NCBI GenBank assembly: GCA_000934665.2
Contig: JYFJ02003133.1
Location: 1-46,069 of the forward strand
DNA length: 46,069 bases
Direction of reading: 5' to 3'
DNA from: Catajapyx aquilonaris
Taxonomy: Eukaryota
Of the stretch, positions 45,025 through 46,069 are shown in pieces (the stretch's first letter is position 1; each line of letters starts with the position of its first letter). The notes under the pieces were generated by a model. The model was not told the origin of the DNA, did no database searches, and saw nothing but the letters and a program-made list of their open reading frames with translations. The position numbers and the translations under genes were made by a program.

Positions 45025-45710
45025 ATGGGCATAAAAAACAAAGTAGCATTGGCAGAAGCGCATTGGATACACACAGAGTTCGGCTAAGGCTGAGGGACCA
45101 GGAGACTGAGGAAGAACACCAAGCATGTCTCCACTCTATGAGAAACGCGGCCATCAGTCGGAGATGAGCTCCATTTNTCAACCCACCTCCTACATGTCGC
45201 TTTCCACTACTCAGCAGACATGGACTATTCTTCTGTCGGTGTTGTTGCAATTGGATCTATATCAGAGGTATGCCACCATTGTCAGGCAAAGAAGTGGAAG
45301 GGTGAAACAAAAGCGATCTGTTGCTCCATTGGAAAGGTTAGCCTTCCTCTACTGGCTGAGTCTCCACAGCTACTTAAAATGCTCCTCTTATAGGCCCATC
45401 ACCTGATTCAAAACATTTCCTGAAGGCCATCAGAAATTATTACAATTCGGCCTTCCAGATGACATCTTTTGGGGCCAACGTTGTAAGAGAAGGGAGCTTC
45501 ATGCCTACATTCAAAGTGCAAGGGCATATTTACCATCGCATGGGATCACTCCTTCCCTCAGAAAATGAGAGTCCGCGGTTTCTGCCGCTTTACTTTGTGG
45601 GGAACGTGCAACAGCAGGCGGAATACCGTTGCACCTATTTAAACGGCACACGCCTCGACATCATACTGCAACTCACACGTTTGCGTCAAATGCTTCAAGC
45701 TTGCACTTGA
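45025..45710 (+). mobile_element. Helitron Rep/helicase N-terminal fragment (frameshifted)
   Basis: ETEEEHQACL; AFHY...VAIGSISEVCHHCQAKKWKGETKAICCSIGKVSLP; YNSAFQMTSFG...FMPTFKVQGHIYHRMGSLLP...PRFLPLYF are characteristic Helitron RepHel N-terminal motifs. Confidence 0.88.
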
Positions 45711-45744
45711 GAGTCCGCCTCCTCTGGAATTTGACTTGGTCATC

Positions 45745-46042
45745 GATGCAATATTATGAACGTAATTGGCCATACCAAATATTGCGTGTGCATCAAGTCC
45801 AAAAAACACAATGGATGGATGTCAGATTGTAAGCTCTGCCATGCTGGAGCTTCTACATTCTACATTTTACTCCACAGCCTTCAATTTTTCTTTTCATTAC
45901 ATACTTTTGCTGGATTTTTAAGGCGTATTGTGTACTCTCTTACAATCTGACATCCGCAGTGTGTTGTTAGGTGACTTCATGCACATGCAATATGCTCCAT
46001 GTCACTGGTATGCCAACATTGTATAGCCATAATTATTGCAAA
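45745..46042. repeat. Old foldback element
   Basis: GGATGTCAGATTGTAAG / CTTACAATCTGACATCC and ATATTGCGTGTGCATCAAGTC / GACTTCATGCACATGCAATAT pair in nested order. Confidence 0.65.
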
Positions 46043-46069
46043 GGTAACTACCAAATCAATGAGTCACTC

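Overview
Eukaryotic (invertebrate, probably arthropod) genomic DNA, not prokaryotic. Two genes lie head-to-head across a GC/CpG-rich region at about 10.2-11.1 kb. (1) Minus strand: an ANKS6-like ankyrin-repeat + SAM gene whose whole 517-aa CDS is one exon (5494-7047), with likely non-coding upstream exons. (2) Plus strand: a spliced C2H2 zinc-finger gene with four phase-consistent coding exons (12738-13016, 21600-22128, 27157-27458, 30812-31459; about 585 aa, 7 fingers, polyQ), followed by a roughly 11-kb U-rich, repeat-poor stretch that looks like a very long 3' UTR. Introns and flanks are packed with five tRNA-derived SINE families (most copies with clear TSDs), Tc1/mariner, pogo, hAT, Harbinger and possibly Sola MITEs, nested foldback elements and a Helitron fragment. 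The most notable observations are a structurally co-varying 3' hairpin shared by four otherwise unrelated SINE families, a nested double foldback built from mariner halves, decayed zinc fingers after the stop codon, and a possible ANKS6 retrogene on a bidirectional promoter. All family assignments come from manual reading and remembered motifs; no database searches were run.
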